Below, in pieces: positions 16,532 through 25,641 of a DNA stretch of 31,126 bases (the first letter of the stretch is position 1; the number at the start of each line of letters is the position of its first letter). The notes beneath the pieces are model-generated. The model saw only the letters and a program-made list of their open reading frames with translations, did not search any database and was not told the origin of the DNA. Both the position numbers and the translations under genes were made by a program. Origin of the DNA: a virus (lineage: Duplodnaviria; Caudoviricetes); the IMG/VR virus record IMGVR_UViG_3300025646_000206, positions 1 through 31,126 of that record. One strand, 5' to 3'.

Positions 16532-18493
16532 TTAAGTATGAGTTATTCCATTATCAGAAACTGTTGCTGCCCAATAAGAATTTCCTTTTTGCAACTGCAC
16601 TCCAGGCAATGACATAGTTTCACTTGAAAATTCCATTCTATCAATTACACTTCTACTTCCTGGACTCCATCCACCGGCAATGTATCCAAAATTTTCATTG
16701 CAGAATGCATTCAACCCTTCCCTGCCCTCTGGCATAGAATTTGTTGTATAACTAAATGTTTCAGAAGAAAAATCTAGTCTTTCTATACGACATTGATATG
16801 TGGGCCATCCACCACCACCTGCCACATATCCATATTCGGGACTTTGAAATGATGCAAATTCTTGTCTTTTTGTAATCATAAAACCAGAATTATTTACTGA
16901 TTCTGTGGAAAAATCTAACCTATCATATGTGCTTTTCTCCGATCCCCCAAATGGAGGAGGTCCTTCTCCTCCACAAAAGTATCCATAACTTGGGGTCTTA
17001 AGTGAAGACATCCATGCTCTGTCATATGTTAACATATTTCTAGAAGTTAATACTTCTGTGGACAAATCCATTCTTGTAACTTCATCATCATCTCCTCCAG
17101 CGGGTCCAGCACCACCAGCAGTGTAAATATAATTATTGTTTGCAAGTGATGTTGTTCTTTTAATTCCAGAACCGCCAAAAGCTGGAGGATTCAATGAAAG
17201 ATTATCAGTTAAAGTTTCATTACTAAAATCCATTCGATCTATTTTGGAACTAGCTTGGGGTTTAGAAAGTCCTCCTATAAAATATCCATAGTTACTATTT
17301 CCGGCAGCAGAAAGTTCAGATCTACGTTGAGCTAACTGAGCATCAATAGGAAGCGTTGTCATCGTTTCGGTTGCATATTCCATCCGATCTATGTTTTGAT
17401 AAGGAAAACCTGGAAGTTCCCCTCCACCATAATATCCATATTTGCCACTTATGCTTTTTCCGTTTTTATCAGTGGATTTTCTAATCCTAGAATTTACTGA
17501 TTTTCCACCACTAAATGATGCCAACTCATTTCTACCTGCTGGCAAATTAAATGTTGATGGAGCTTCTGGTGCAAATGTAGTTTCATTTGAAAAATCAAGA
17601 CGAGTAATCTTACTATATTCAAAAGATGGTGGGTGAAATCCACCAGCAAAATAACCATAATCTAACCCACTAACTCCACTCCATGTATTACGCTCTTCAG
17701 TAAAACCTATTAGCGCCACCCCTATAGTTTCACTAGAAAATTCCAAACGATCTATTGTACAAATAAATGCATTTGGCGGATGTTGTCCACCAGCTGCATA
17801 TCCATAGTTTTTTGTATAGACTGATCCCTGACCAGATTTAGCAATTGGTAAATTATTCCCTGGTGCTGATGTAGTTTCATTAGAAAAATCTAATCGATCA
17901 ACAACACAATTATAAGGTGGAGAAGATCCACCAAAAAAATAACCATAATCACTGGTGTTGAAAGTAGCAAAAGTTGCTCTAGCACTCGTTAATTGATTTG
18001 GTGCAGGAGCTGGAGGAACTGCTACTGTTTCACTACTAAAATCTATACGATCTATAGTACAAACTTGTCCCAAAGAAGCATTTGGATTAGAACGACCGCC
18101 CGCAAAATAACCGTATTGTGGACTAAAAATTCCTCCCAATCCCCATCTTGCCTGAGTTAATTGACTTCCCGTAAGTGGAGATGTTAATAATTCATTTGAA
18201 AAATCTAAACGTGAAATTACATTAGTTCCAACATATCCAGTTGTAGGATTATATCCGCCAGCAAAATAACCATATAATGAATTACTAATTCCCGTAAGAG
18301 AGGAAAAAGCAGTTTGAAGGTTATTACCTGGTGCTGATGTAGTCTCATTAAATAAATCTATTTTATCAACAATAGTAGTTGGGGTATTTTGAACATCAAT
18401 TCCACCGCCAAAGTAACCATAGTTGGCAGATTCATCTATATTACCTTCTAACTGTTCTACTCTAAAATCAGAAAGACCGAATACTCCTGCCAT
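16532..18493 (-). CDS. Kelch-like double beta-propeller protein A (653 aa)
   Basis: About 12 repeats of YGYFxGG...IDR(I/L)DFSxET. Confidence 0.85.
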   Translation of the reverse strand: MAGVFGLSDFRVEQLEGNIDESANYGYFGGGIDVQNTPTTIVDKIDLFNETTSAPGNNLQTAFSSLTGISNSLYGYFAGGYNPTTGYVGTNVISRLDFSNELLTSPLTGSQLTQARWGLGGIFSPQYGYFAGGRSNPNASLGQVCTIDRIDFSSETVAVPPAPAPNQLTSARATFATFNTSDYGYFFGGSSPPYNCVVDRLDFSNETTSAPGNNLPIAKSGQGSVYTKNYGYAAGGQHPPNAFICTIDRLEFSSETIGVALIGFTEERNTWSGVSGLDYGYFAGGFHPPSFEYSKITRLDFSNETTFAPEAPSTFNLPAGRNELASFSGGKSVNSRIRKSTDKNGKSISGKYGYYGGGELPGFPYQNIDRMEYATETMTTLPIDAQLAQRRSELSAAGNSNYGYFIGGLSKPQASSKIDRMDFSNETLTDNLSLNPPAFGGSGIKRTTSLANNNYIYTAGGAGPAGGDDDEVTRMDLSTEVLTSRNMLTYDRAWMSSLKTPSYGYFCGGEGPPPFGGSEKSTYDRLDFSTESVNNSGFMITKRQEFASFQSPEYGYVAGGGGWPTYQCRIERLDFSSETFSYTTNSMPEGREGLNAFCNENFGYIAGGWSPGSRSVIDRMEFSSETMSLPGVQLQKGNSYWAATVSDNGITHT

Positions 18494-18515
18494 TTATCTT
18501 ATCACTTTTTTATAT

Positions 18516-20435
18516 TTAGACCGCAATGTCTGATGGGAAACAATGAGAAGCGCGTACAGAAGGACTTGACATTGTTGTTGATGGAGATGTACTAGTATTT
18601 GTGGAAAATTCATACCTATCCATTCGATTTAGAGTAGTTGGTGGTCTGTATCCAGGTCCTATGTAACCATAATGTTTGGATAACCCTACGGTAAGATCCA
18701 TTCTTCCTACGGGAGCAGGACAATATGTCCCTCCTGGAGAAAATGTTTCTGTTTCCATATCAAATTTATTTGCTACATTTAAATAACTGCTAGTATAGAG
18801 ACCATTACCACCAAAGATATATCCATAACTTCCTACAAGATCTTTACCTCCAGCCGTGCCCTGTACTCTATATGTAGTGGGAACTGGAGCAATACTAGTT
18901 GTTTCAGTTGAAAATTCTAAACGATCTATAATACTCGCTCTAACTGGAGGTAATCCTGGAGTTTGTCCCATAGAAAACCATCCATAATAAGGAGAAGAAA
19001 AATTAGCTACACCACTTGGGGTTCGAGTTGTGGATACTGATATTATATTTGCTATAATTGTATCAGTATCTGTTGATTTATCGTATCTATTACCATTCGT
19101 TTCATTCTGTCTGGTAGAATATCCATAGTGATTATTACTAAAAGAACTTCCTGTTCCTGCTGCTGAAAGCTTATCTAAAGCACTTCTAGTATCATTCTTA
19201 AATTCATATCTATCCAAAATTGTTGTTCCGGTTTTTACTTGATATCCATAATCAATACTTGTAAATATACTACCATGAGGTTGTGCTGTACCAGCCATAT
19301 CTGTTGGTGGGGTAGTTTGAGTTTCAGTCGCATAATCGATTATATTTCTTTGCCCAGGAGCACTTCCAGAAGGAAGTCCGTTCATCAAATAAAAACCGTA
19401 TCCACTGACAGAACTTCCAGTTTTATCAGTTGTTCGTCTTATTCTTGTTTGTCTGCCAGAAACTCCTGCTACAGAATTTCTTGCTTGAGTTAAATTTGCT
19501 CCATGAACTGGTGGTCCTACTACAGTTTCATTAGAAAAATCAATGCGGTCAATGGTACAAAAACGTGATCCGTCAAAACCACCACCAAAATAACCATAAT
19601 TGGAACTAAAAACTCCTGCTGAACCTTGTCTACTTACAGATAAAGTACCTCCTATCTCTAATACAGTTTCACTAGAAAAATCAATGCGATCAATGGTGCA
19701 AACATAAGGTGGAGAAGAACCACCTGCAAAATAACCATAATCTGAACCAGAAACTCCTGCGGAAGTAGATATTGTTTTAGTTAGATTATTTCCTGGTGCA
19801 ACTGTAGTTTCGGTAAAAAAATCAATGCGATCAATAGTATTTTTATAACCGCCAGATATTGGATTGTCACCCCCAGCAAAGTAACCATAATTGGAACTAA
19901 AAACTCCTTCTAAAGCATTTCTTGCTTGAGTTAATTGACTTCCTACTGGTGGTACTGCTACAGTTTCACTAGAAAAATCGATGCGGTCAATAGTGCAAAC
20001 ACGATCTGGAGTAAGAGCAGGATCACGACCACCAGCATAATAACCATAATCTGAACCAGAAACTCCTGCTAAAGCATTTCTTGCTTGAGTTAATTGACTT
20101 CCTACTGGTGGTACTGCTACAGTTTCATTAGAAAAATCAATACGGTCAACTTCATCCGTAACGCCAACTCCTGGAAAACCACCACCAAAATAACCATAAC
20201 CATAATCGGAACCGGAAGTTGATATTGTATTAGTGATTGCTCTAGTTAATGATGATCCAGGTAGTGATACAGTCTCATTAGAAAAATCAATACGGTCAAT
20301 GGTACAAACAACAGGTCCTGGAGTAGAACCACCACCAAAGTAACCATAGTTAGCAGACTCCGGCCAAGTATTGTCTACTTGTTTGTCATATAATTTACTA
20401 CTATTTGTCCTGAGACCGAATATATCTCCTGGCAT
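18516..20435 (-). CDS. Kelch-like double beta-propeller protein B (639 aa)
   Basis: Same repeat; N-half canonical, C-half degenerate. Confidence 0.85.
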   Translation of the reverse strand: MPGDIFGLRTNSSKLYDKQVDNTWPESANYGYFGGGSTPGPVVCTIDRIDFSNETVSLPGSSLTRAITNTISTSGSDYGYGYFGGGFPGVGVTDEVDRIDFSNETVAVPPVGSQLTQARNALAGVSGSDYGYYAGGRDPALTPDRVCTIDRIDFSSETVAVPPVGSQLTQARNALEGVFSSNYGYFAGGDNPISGGYKNTIDRIDFFTETTVAPGNNLTKTISTSAGVSGSDYGYFAGGSSPPYVCTIDRIDFSSETVLEIGGTLSVSRQGSAGVFSSNYGYFGGGFDGSRFCTIDRIDFSNETVVGPPVHGANLTQARNSVAGVSGRQTRIRRTTDKTGSSVSGYGFYLMNGLPSGSAPGQRNIIDYATETQTTPPTDMAGTAQPHGSIFTSIDYGYQVKTGTTILDRYEFKNDTRSALDKLSAAGTGSSFSNNHYGYSTRQNETNGNRYDKSTDTDTIIANIISVSTTRTPSGVANFSSPYYGWFSMGQTPGLPPVRASIIDRLEFSTETTSIAPVPTTYRVQGTAGGKDLVGSYGYIFGGNGLYTSSYLNVANKFDMETETFSPGGTYCPAPVGRMDLTVGLSKHYGYIGPGYRPPTTLNRMDRYEFSTNTSTSPSTTMSSPSVRASHCFPSDIAV

Positions 20436-20439
20436 TTAA

Positions 20440-21285
20440 TTACTGGCGTAGATCGTTATTAAAAAGTGGTACCTTTTCTTGTTCTAATTGCTTTGTTTCT
20501 TCTTTACCCCCAAGAAGTTTTTCTGTCATCCCACTGATTTCTTCAATGCCAGAAGCAACATGCTTTTGAAGGCTCTCAAGGAATTCCCTTGCGTTTGTTG
20601 GGTCAGCATATCCTTCCTTAATTCTATTAACATCATCATCAAGAACAGTTGGTGCCGTTGCTCTTCTCATAGAACGAATATTTCCACCTGACACACCAGT
20701 TTGTGCTGCTAGTAAATCATCAAGTGCTTGGTTTGCAAATCTTCTTTCCCAATAAACTGGTTGGTCGGCATCAAATTCTGCTTTGGTTGGAGGATGACCA
20801 CCATTTAACTCAATAAGTCTTTCAATAACTTTATCGAAAAAAGATAGTTCATCAATTTGTGCCTTGAACCCAGAATTCAATCCATCAATAAAACGATGAA
20901 AATGAAACTCGTCAATATCATACCAACAAAGTTCTTCTCCACCATCTCTGGTTTTCCACCAAATTGGTTTTGATTTATCTTTACCTTCCCATTTGAAATG
21001 AAATTCCCTAGCATGTTTTTTTGCTTCTTGAATGCTGGAAAGTAATCCTTCGGCAACAGACTTTCTATTAATAATTGCTGCTTTAAATGCCGATGGAATT
21101 GTAAAGTTGTCATGAATAATAAACTTTTCAATTTGGAAATTTGATCTTCCCTGTGCTAATTCAATTTCAGATGCTCTCCAACGATTACATTCAGAAAGAG
21201 CTTTTAATGTAAATTCTTTATTTTTTTCTTCATCTAAAACATCTTCTGCTTTAGCCAGTGCAAATTCATTGTAATTATCAGACAT
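20440..21285 (-). CDS. helical hypothetical protein (281 aa), possible chaperone or assembly factor
   Basis: GGAG RBS; SNFQIEKFI and YWERRFANQALDDL...GNIRSM motifs; function not recognised. Confidence 0.75.
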   Translation of the reverse strand: MSDNYNEFALAKAEDVLDEEKNKEFTLKALSECNRWRASEIELAQGRSNFQIEKFIIHDNFTIPSAFKAAIINRKSVAEGLLSSIQEAKKHAREFHFKWEGKDKSKPIWWKTRDGGEELCWYDIDEFHFHRFIDGLNSGFKAQIDELSFFDKVIERLIELNGGHPPTKAEFDADQPVYWERRFANQALDDLLAAQTGVSGGNIRSMRRATAPTVLDDDVNRIKEGYADPTNAREFLESLQKHVASGIEEISGMTEKLLGGKEETKQLEQEKVPLFNNDLRQ

Positions 21286-21307
21286 AAAACTCCGTTAAAT
21301 TATGATG

Positions 21308-22939
21308 TCAACTTGATTTATTTAGGTTGTTGTTTTTGGCAAAAAATAATCCGGAACAATCATTTTCCCATTCAAGGTCTATTGTAAAATTTTTATTTTT
21401 TAAGAATGAAACTAAATTATTGATGTTAAATTTTGAAGTTACGTTGTTATGAAATTCCCCAACAATTTCATTGACTTTATGTAGAAGTTTCGAGTTCATA
21501 ATAATTTCAAACTCCGATCCCTCTGTATCTATTTTTATTAATCGCACTCTTTCCAATTGATTTAAAATATCATCTAAAGATATGCACCGTACCTTTTGAA
21601 TCGAATAATTTTTATATCCTTCTTGTTTAATATTGTATAATGTATTCATACCAGTATTCCACTTTGTTGGATATGAATAAAGATCTACTTCATTAGCATT
21701 GTGTCCATAGACTGCCATATTAAAAGTTCTAACACCGGAATAACTTTCCAAATTTTTTTGTAATAAGTTATAATTTTCTTTTTCTGGTTCAAAAGAAACA
21801 ACATTTTTACATCCAAGATCAAGACACAATTTTGAAAAAGATCCGCGATGTGCTCCAATATCAATTACAACATCAGTAGATTTTAAATTTTTAATTTGAT
21901 AATCATTTTTAATATAAACATTATTAAAAATAATTTCATCCATAGTCATTCTTTCAAAAATAAAAATTGGAATTTTTTTTGTTATAACATCTATATAATA
22001 TTTCCATTTATTTGATATTATTTTCCAATTATAATTTTTTGTGGCATACATTGATATTTTTTTTGATATATCATTATATTCATCTCTAACCTTATCAAAT
22101 GCCGAAAGAGCACGAATTACTTCCTCGGCAAAGTTTTTATGAAAAGTTTCATCAGGAATCCAACCTCTTAAAGTATTCTGTCCTGACATTGGAATATATT
22201 TACCCATCCAGTTAGAAGTCTCTGGAAGTGCTCCCATGCCTGTTGTAATAGGAAAGCATCCACAAGACATTGCTTCTGCCAAAGACACGCAGAAGGTTTC
22301 CTCCCAGACATTAGGATGGATATAAAAAGCAGCATCCTGAATATGAGAAAGAAGTTCTTCTCTATCAATACAAGGAGAATATTCGACACCAGGAAGTTCT
22401 TTAAGTTCTTTATAAACAGGAATAAATGGTGATGGTTCTAGTCCATTTGGTCCAGTGACAGTTTCATTATCCCCTTCGCCTGGTTGAATATCTCCATAAA
22501 GAGACATGGAAGAAAATACTTTGAGTTTTGCATCTGGATGATGCTTAATAACTTCTTTCCAAATAGGAACCAAAGGAGCAACTCCTTTGTGTGGTGCCGA
22601 AAAGAAAATACAAGTCTTTGACTTTGGTTTTCCAGATGGACGAAACATCTCATGCACTCCATTTGGAATAACATGAAGTTTCTCTGCTGGTGCTCTGTTA
22701 TACTTTATAAACTGCTCCCTTTCCCAATTTGAAACGCAAACGATTCCATCAACTTTATCCACATGTTGTGGAAGATCTTTGTGTCCCATCTGGTCACAAT
22801 TATCATGTGCCCAGATAATTTTATATTTTTTATCTGACTTTATAATTTCATGCGTTGTTCTCTGCACATCAACATTTTCTGGAAAAGTATAATGTTGAGA
22901 AAGATAATGAAAAGAACTTTCAGTCGCACCAGATTTCAT
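21308..22939 (-). CDS. GT-B (GT4-like) glycosyltransferase fused to a FkbM-family methyltransferase
   Basis: VIPNGV...HKG...ETFCVSLAEAMSCG...GALPE (GT4). VIDIGAHRG...FEPE...IKIDTEGSE...GEFH (FkbM). Confidence 0.85.
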   Translation of the reverse strand: MKSGATESSFHYLSQHYTFPENVDVQRTTHEIIKSDKKYKIIWAHDNCDQMGHKDLPQHVDKVDGIVCVSNWEREQFIKYNRAPAEKLHVIPNGVHEMFRPSGKPKSKTCIFFSAPHKGVAPLVPIWKEVIKHHPDAKLKVFSSMSLYGDIQPGEGDNETVTGPNGLEPSPFIPVYKELKELPGVEYSPCIDREELLSHIQDAAFYIHPNVWEETFCVSLAEAMSCGCFPITTGMGALPETSNWMGKYIPMSGQNTLRGWIPDETFHKNFAEEVIRALSAFDKVRDEYNDISKKISMYATKNYNWKIISNKWKYYIDVITKKIPIFIFERMTMDEIIFNNVYIKNDYQIKNLKSTDVVIDIGAHRGSFSKLCLDLGCKNVVSFEPEKENYNLLQKNLESYSGVRTFNMAVYGHNANEVDLYSYPTKWNTGMNTLYNIKQEGYKNYSIQKVRCISLDDILNQLERVRLIKIDTEGSEFEIIMNSKLLHKVNEIVGEFHNNVTSKFNINNLVSFLKNKNFTIDLEWENDCSGLFFAKNNNLNKSS

Positions 22940-22960
22940 ATAGAATAATGTAGTTTTGAT

Positions 22961-22967
22961 TATTTAT
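22961..22967 (-). promoter_or_regulatory. T4-type late promoter core
   Basis: ATAAATA; the leader is nearly identical to 16498-16528. Confidence 0.6.
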
Positions 22968-22970
22968 CAG

Positions 22971-24962
22971 TTAGTTTGAGACTCCTGCTGAACCATATCT
23001 TGCTTGAGTTAATTCATTTCCTACTGAAGGTACTGCTACTGTTTCGCTGGAAAAATCAATACGGTCAATGGTGCAATACCACGTAGTTCCATTATAACCA
23101 CCAGCAAAGTAAGCATAATTGGAATTGGAACTTTCTGCTAAGTATCGTCTCTTTAAAGTTAAATTTGCTCCATGAACTGGTGGTCCTACTACAGTTTCAC
23201 TGGAAAAATCTAAACGATCAATGGCACAAGTGTCACCTGGAATTGTTGGACTAGAACCACCAACAAAGTAACCATAATTAGAACTAGAGACTGCTGTTAA
23301 ACCTTCTGTTATTTTATCTAACCCATTTCCTACTGGAGGCACTGCCACAATTTCGGTAGAAAAATCAATTCGGTCAATAGTATTAAAATAACTCACCGCA
23401 TCATTGCCACCGGCAAAGTAACCATAATTTGAATTAGATAGTGCTGTTAATGCACTTCTTGGTTTAGTTAATCCTCCTGGTGGTGTTCCTACTGTTTCAT
23501 TGGAGAAATCTAGACGATCAATGACGCAATACCGCGTAACTCCATTATTACCACCGGCAAAGTAACCATAATTAGAATTGGAAAGTGCGCAAAGATTAGT
23601 TCTTTGTTGACTTAACCCATTTCCTACTGTAGGTACTGCTACTGTTTCGTTAGAAAAATCAAGTCGATCAATAAGATTAACCAAAGGTGGGGCAAAACCA
23701 CCAGCAAAATATCCATAATTGGAATTAGAAACTGCTGCTAAATTATTTCTTGCTTGAGTTAAATTTGCTCCATGAACTGGTGGTCCTACTACAGTTTCAC
23801 TAGAAAAATCAATGCGGTCAATGGTGCAAACCTGAGGTGGAGCAAACCCACCGGCAAAGTAACCATAAGATTGTGAAATTGGATTTCCATTTTTAGCAGT
23901 ATAAATGGTTGAAAATCTAGTGATTGGTTTTCTTGGCGATTCTGCAAATGCTGTTACCGCTGCTGCTTCGGCAGATATTTTTTCGGTTCCTAAGGTATAA
24001 GTGGAATTTGAATAATCAAATCTGTAAATATTTGTTGTATTATTGGGAGCATTATAAGTTGGTTTTCCGCCAACAACGTAAGCAAAATTATTTCCATCCG
24101 GAAATGCTCCACCATTTCTAAGATTAACTGGAAATGAAGTCGAGGGAGACACTGTATCGCTACTAAATTCGATCTTGTTTACTGAGTTCCATGATCCGGA
24201 AGGACCCATTCCAGCAAAAAAATAAGCATGTTCTTTACTACTTGCACCACTATGTTCTGCTTTAATATTTGATAAAACACCAGGTAAAGTAGAAACTACT
24301 TTGGATGAAAAATCAAGTTTTCTAATAATATTTCGATATGCATGGGGGTTAGATGGGGGTATTCTGCCATAACCACCAGAAATATATCCAAACTCAAATT
24401 TAGATTGATTTGGTGCTTCAACAGCAGCAGTCTGGGTCAAAAACATCCCTTCTGGTGTTGGACTTGGGAAATAAATAGGACTAGATACTGTTTCATTGGA
24501 AGTGGAATATACGAGAGCATTATCTCTATCAATTCCACTACCCAAATGATTACTACTATAACCATGACATGCCATTCCATATCCATATTTGATTGTTGAC
24601 ATGGTTGCATTTTGAGCATTAACTCTATTACTTGTCCACCAATTCGTAGTATCAAGTCCACTTACAGAAGCACGAGCATGAGTTGTAAAATCAATTCTAT
24701 CAACGCTGGATATATAGTTTGGACTAACTAAACTAGAATATCCACCAACAGCATAAGCATGTTCTTTACCAACCATTCCAGAAATGGAAGATTGTTGAAG
24801 AGATAAACTTATATCGCTAAGTTTAGTAGTACTATTGTTAAAATCATACTGGTCAATTTCGGTTGAAGAAGAAAATATATAACCATACTGAGGATCATAA
24901 GAAGTCCAAATATCCTTAATTTGTTTTTTATATGTCGTCTTTAAACCAAATACGCCAGCCAT
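22971..24962 (-). CDS. Kelch-like double beta-propeller protein C (663 aa)
   Basis: Same repeat; C-half canonical, N-half degenerate. Confidence 0.85.
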   Translation of the reverse strand: MAGVFGLKTTYKKQIKDIWTSYDPQYGYIFSSSTEIDQYDFNNSTTKLSDISLSLQQSSISGMVGKEHAYAVGGYSSLVSPNYISSVDRIDFTTHARASVSGLDTTNWWTSNRVNAQNATMSTIKYGYGMACHGYSSNHLGSGIDRDNALVYSTSNETVSSPIYFPSPTPEGMFLTQTAAVEAPNQSKFEFGYISGGYGRIPPSNPHAYRNIIRKLDFSSKVVSTLPGVLSNIKAEHSGASSKEHAYFFAGMGPSGSWNSVNKIEFSSDTVSPSTSFPVNLRNGGAFPDGNNFAYVVGGKPTYNAPNNTTNIYRFDYSNSTYTLGTEKISAEAAAVTAFAESPRKPITRFSTIYTAKNGNPISQSYGYFAGGFAPPQVCTIDRIDFSSETVVGPPVHGANLTQARNNLAAVSNSNYGYFAGGFAPPLVNLIDRLDFSNETVAVPTVGNGLSQQRTNLCALSNSNYGYFAGGNNGVTRYCVIDRLDFSNETVGTPPGGLTKPRSALTALSNSNYGYFAGGNDAVSYFNTIDRIDFSTEIVAVPPVGNGLDKITEGLTAVSSSNYGYFVGGSSPTIPGDTCAIDRLDFSSETVVGPPVHGANLTLKRRYLAESSNSNYAYFAGGYNGTTWYCTIDRIDFSSETVAVPSVGNELTQARYGSAGVSN

Positions 24963-24972
24963 TTATAACACT

Positions 24973-25641
24973 CTATTTTTCTATATTTATTTCCTGAAAT
25001 ACATGAGAACCAACATGGCACAAACGAATTGTTGTATCTAACCATGCGGTAAATCCAACACTCTTTGCTCTTTCAAAGAACGAAAAATCTTCTGGAAGAT
25101 AACTCATGTCTTTTTTCAATTCATTAAAATAGTGATATGAATTATAATATTCTGCTTCAGTAATTGGATAGGTAGAATGCCCCTGTGCAGGAATATATTT
25201 TAGATCTTCATAGTTCTCTTTTATTTTTTCAAATACTCTACGGTGAATAAGAGCAAAACCAAATCCAATACTTTCAATCTTTACCAAACTATTCTCTGCT
25301 ACCGGTGGTTGAGAGATATTATAATTGTATTGTAATGGAATACTCTTCATTGGATATGCGCCACATACAATATCCTTTTGATGTGATAGAAGTTTTAATA
25401 CATCTTCAGAAGTGAATCCAACATCAGCATCAATAAACATTACATACTCATATTGAGTATTATTCATAAAGAAATTGGCAATCCTTGATCGACCTTTTGT
25501 GATTAGACTCTCATTTGCAAGAGTAATCAAACCATGATCAATTTGATTTGATCTCAAATCTTTGCCAAGATTAAACAATCCCTTGGCAGTTTTATCACTA
25601 ACAAGTCCGCCATAACAAGGCAGTGCAATTAAAACGCTCAT
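24973..25641 (-). CDS. GT-A fold glycosyltransferase (222 aa)
   Basis: IALPCYGG...ESLITKGR...FIDADV (DxD)...GFGFALI...EDFSF...HVG. Confidence 0.8.
   Translation of the reverse strand: MSVLIALPCYGGLVSDKTAKGLFNLGKDLRSNQIDHGLITLANESLITKGRSRIANFFMNNTQYEYVMFIDADVGFTSEDVLKLLSHQKDIVCGAYPMKSIPLQYNYNISQPPVAENSLVKIESIGFGFALIHRRVFEKIKENYEDLKYIPAQGHSTYPITEAEYYNSYHYFNELKKDMSYLPEDFSFFERAKSVGFTAWLDTTIRLCHVGSHVFQEINIEK

Noticed and set aside
19476-23825. Diversity-generating retroelement template/variable repeat pair
   Set aside because: There is no reverse transcriptase in the window, all copies lie inside coding blades, and there are too few mismatches to show adenine-specific mutagenesis.
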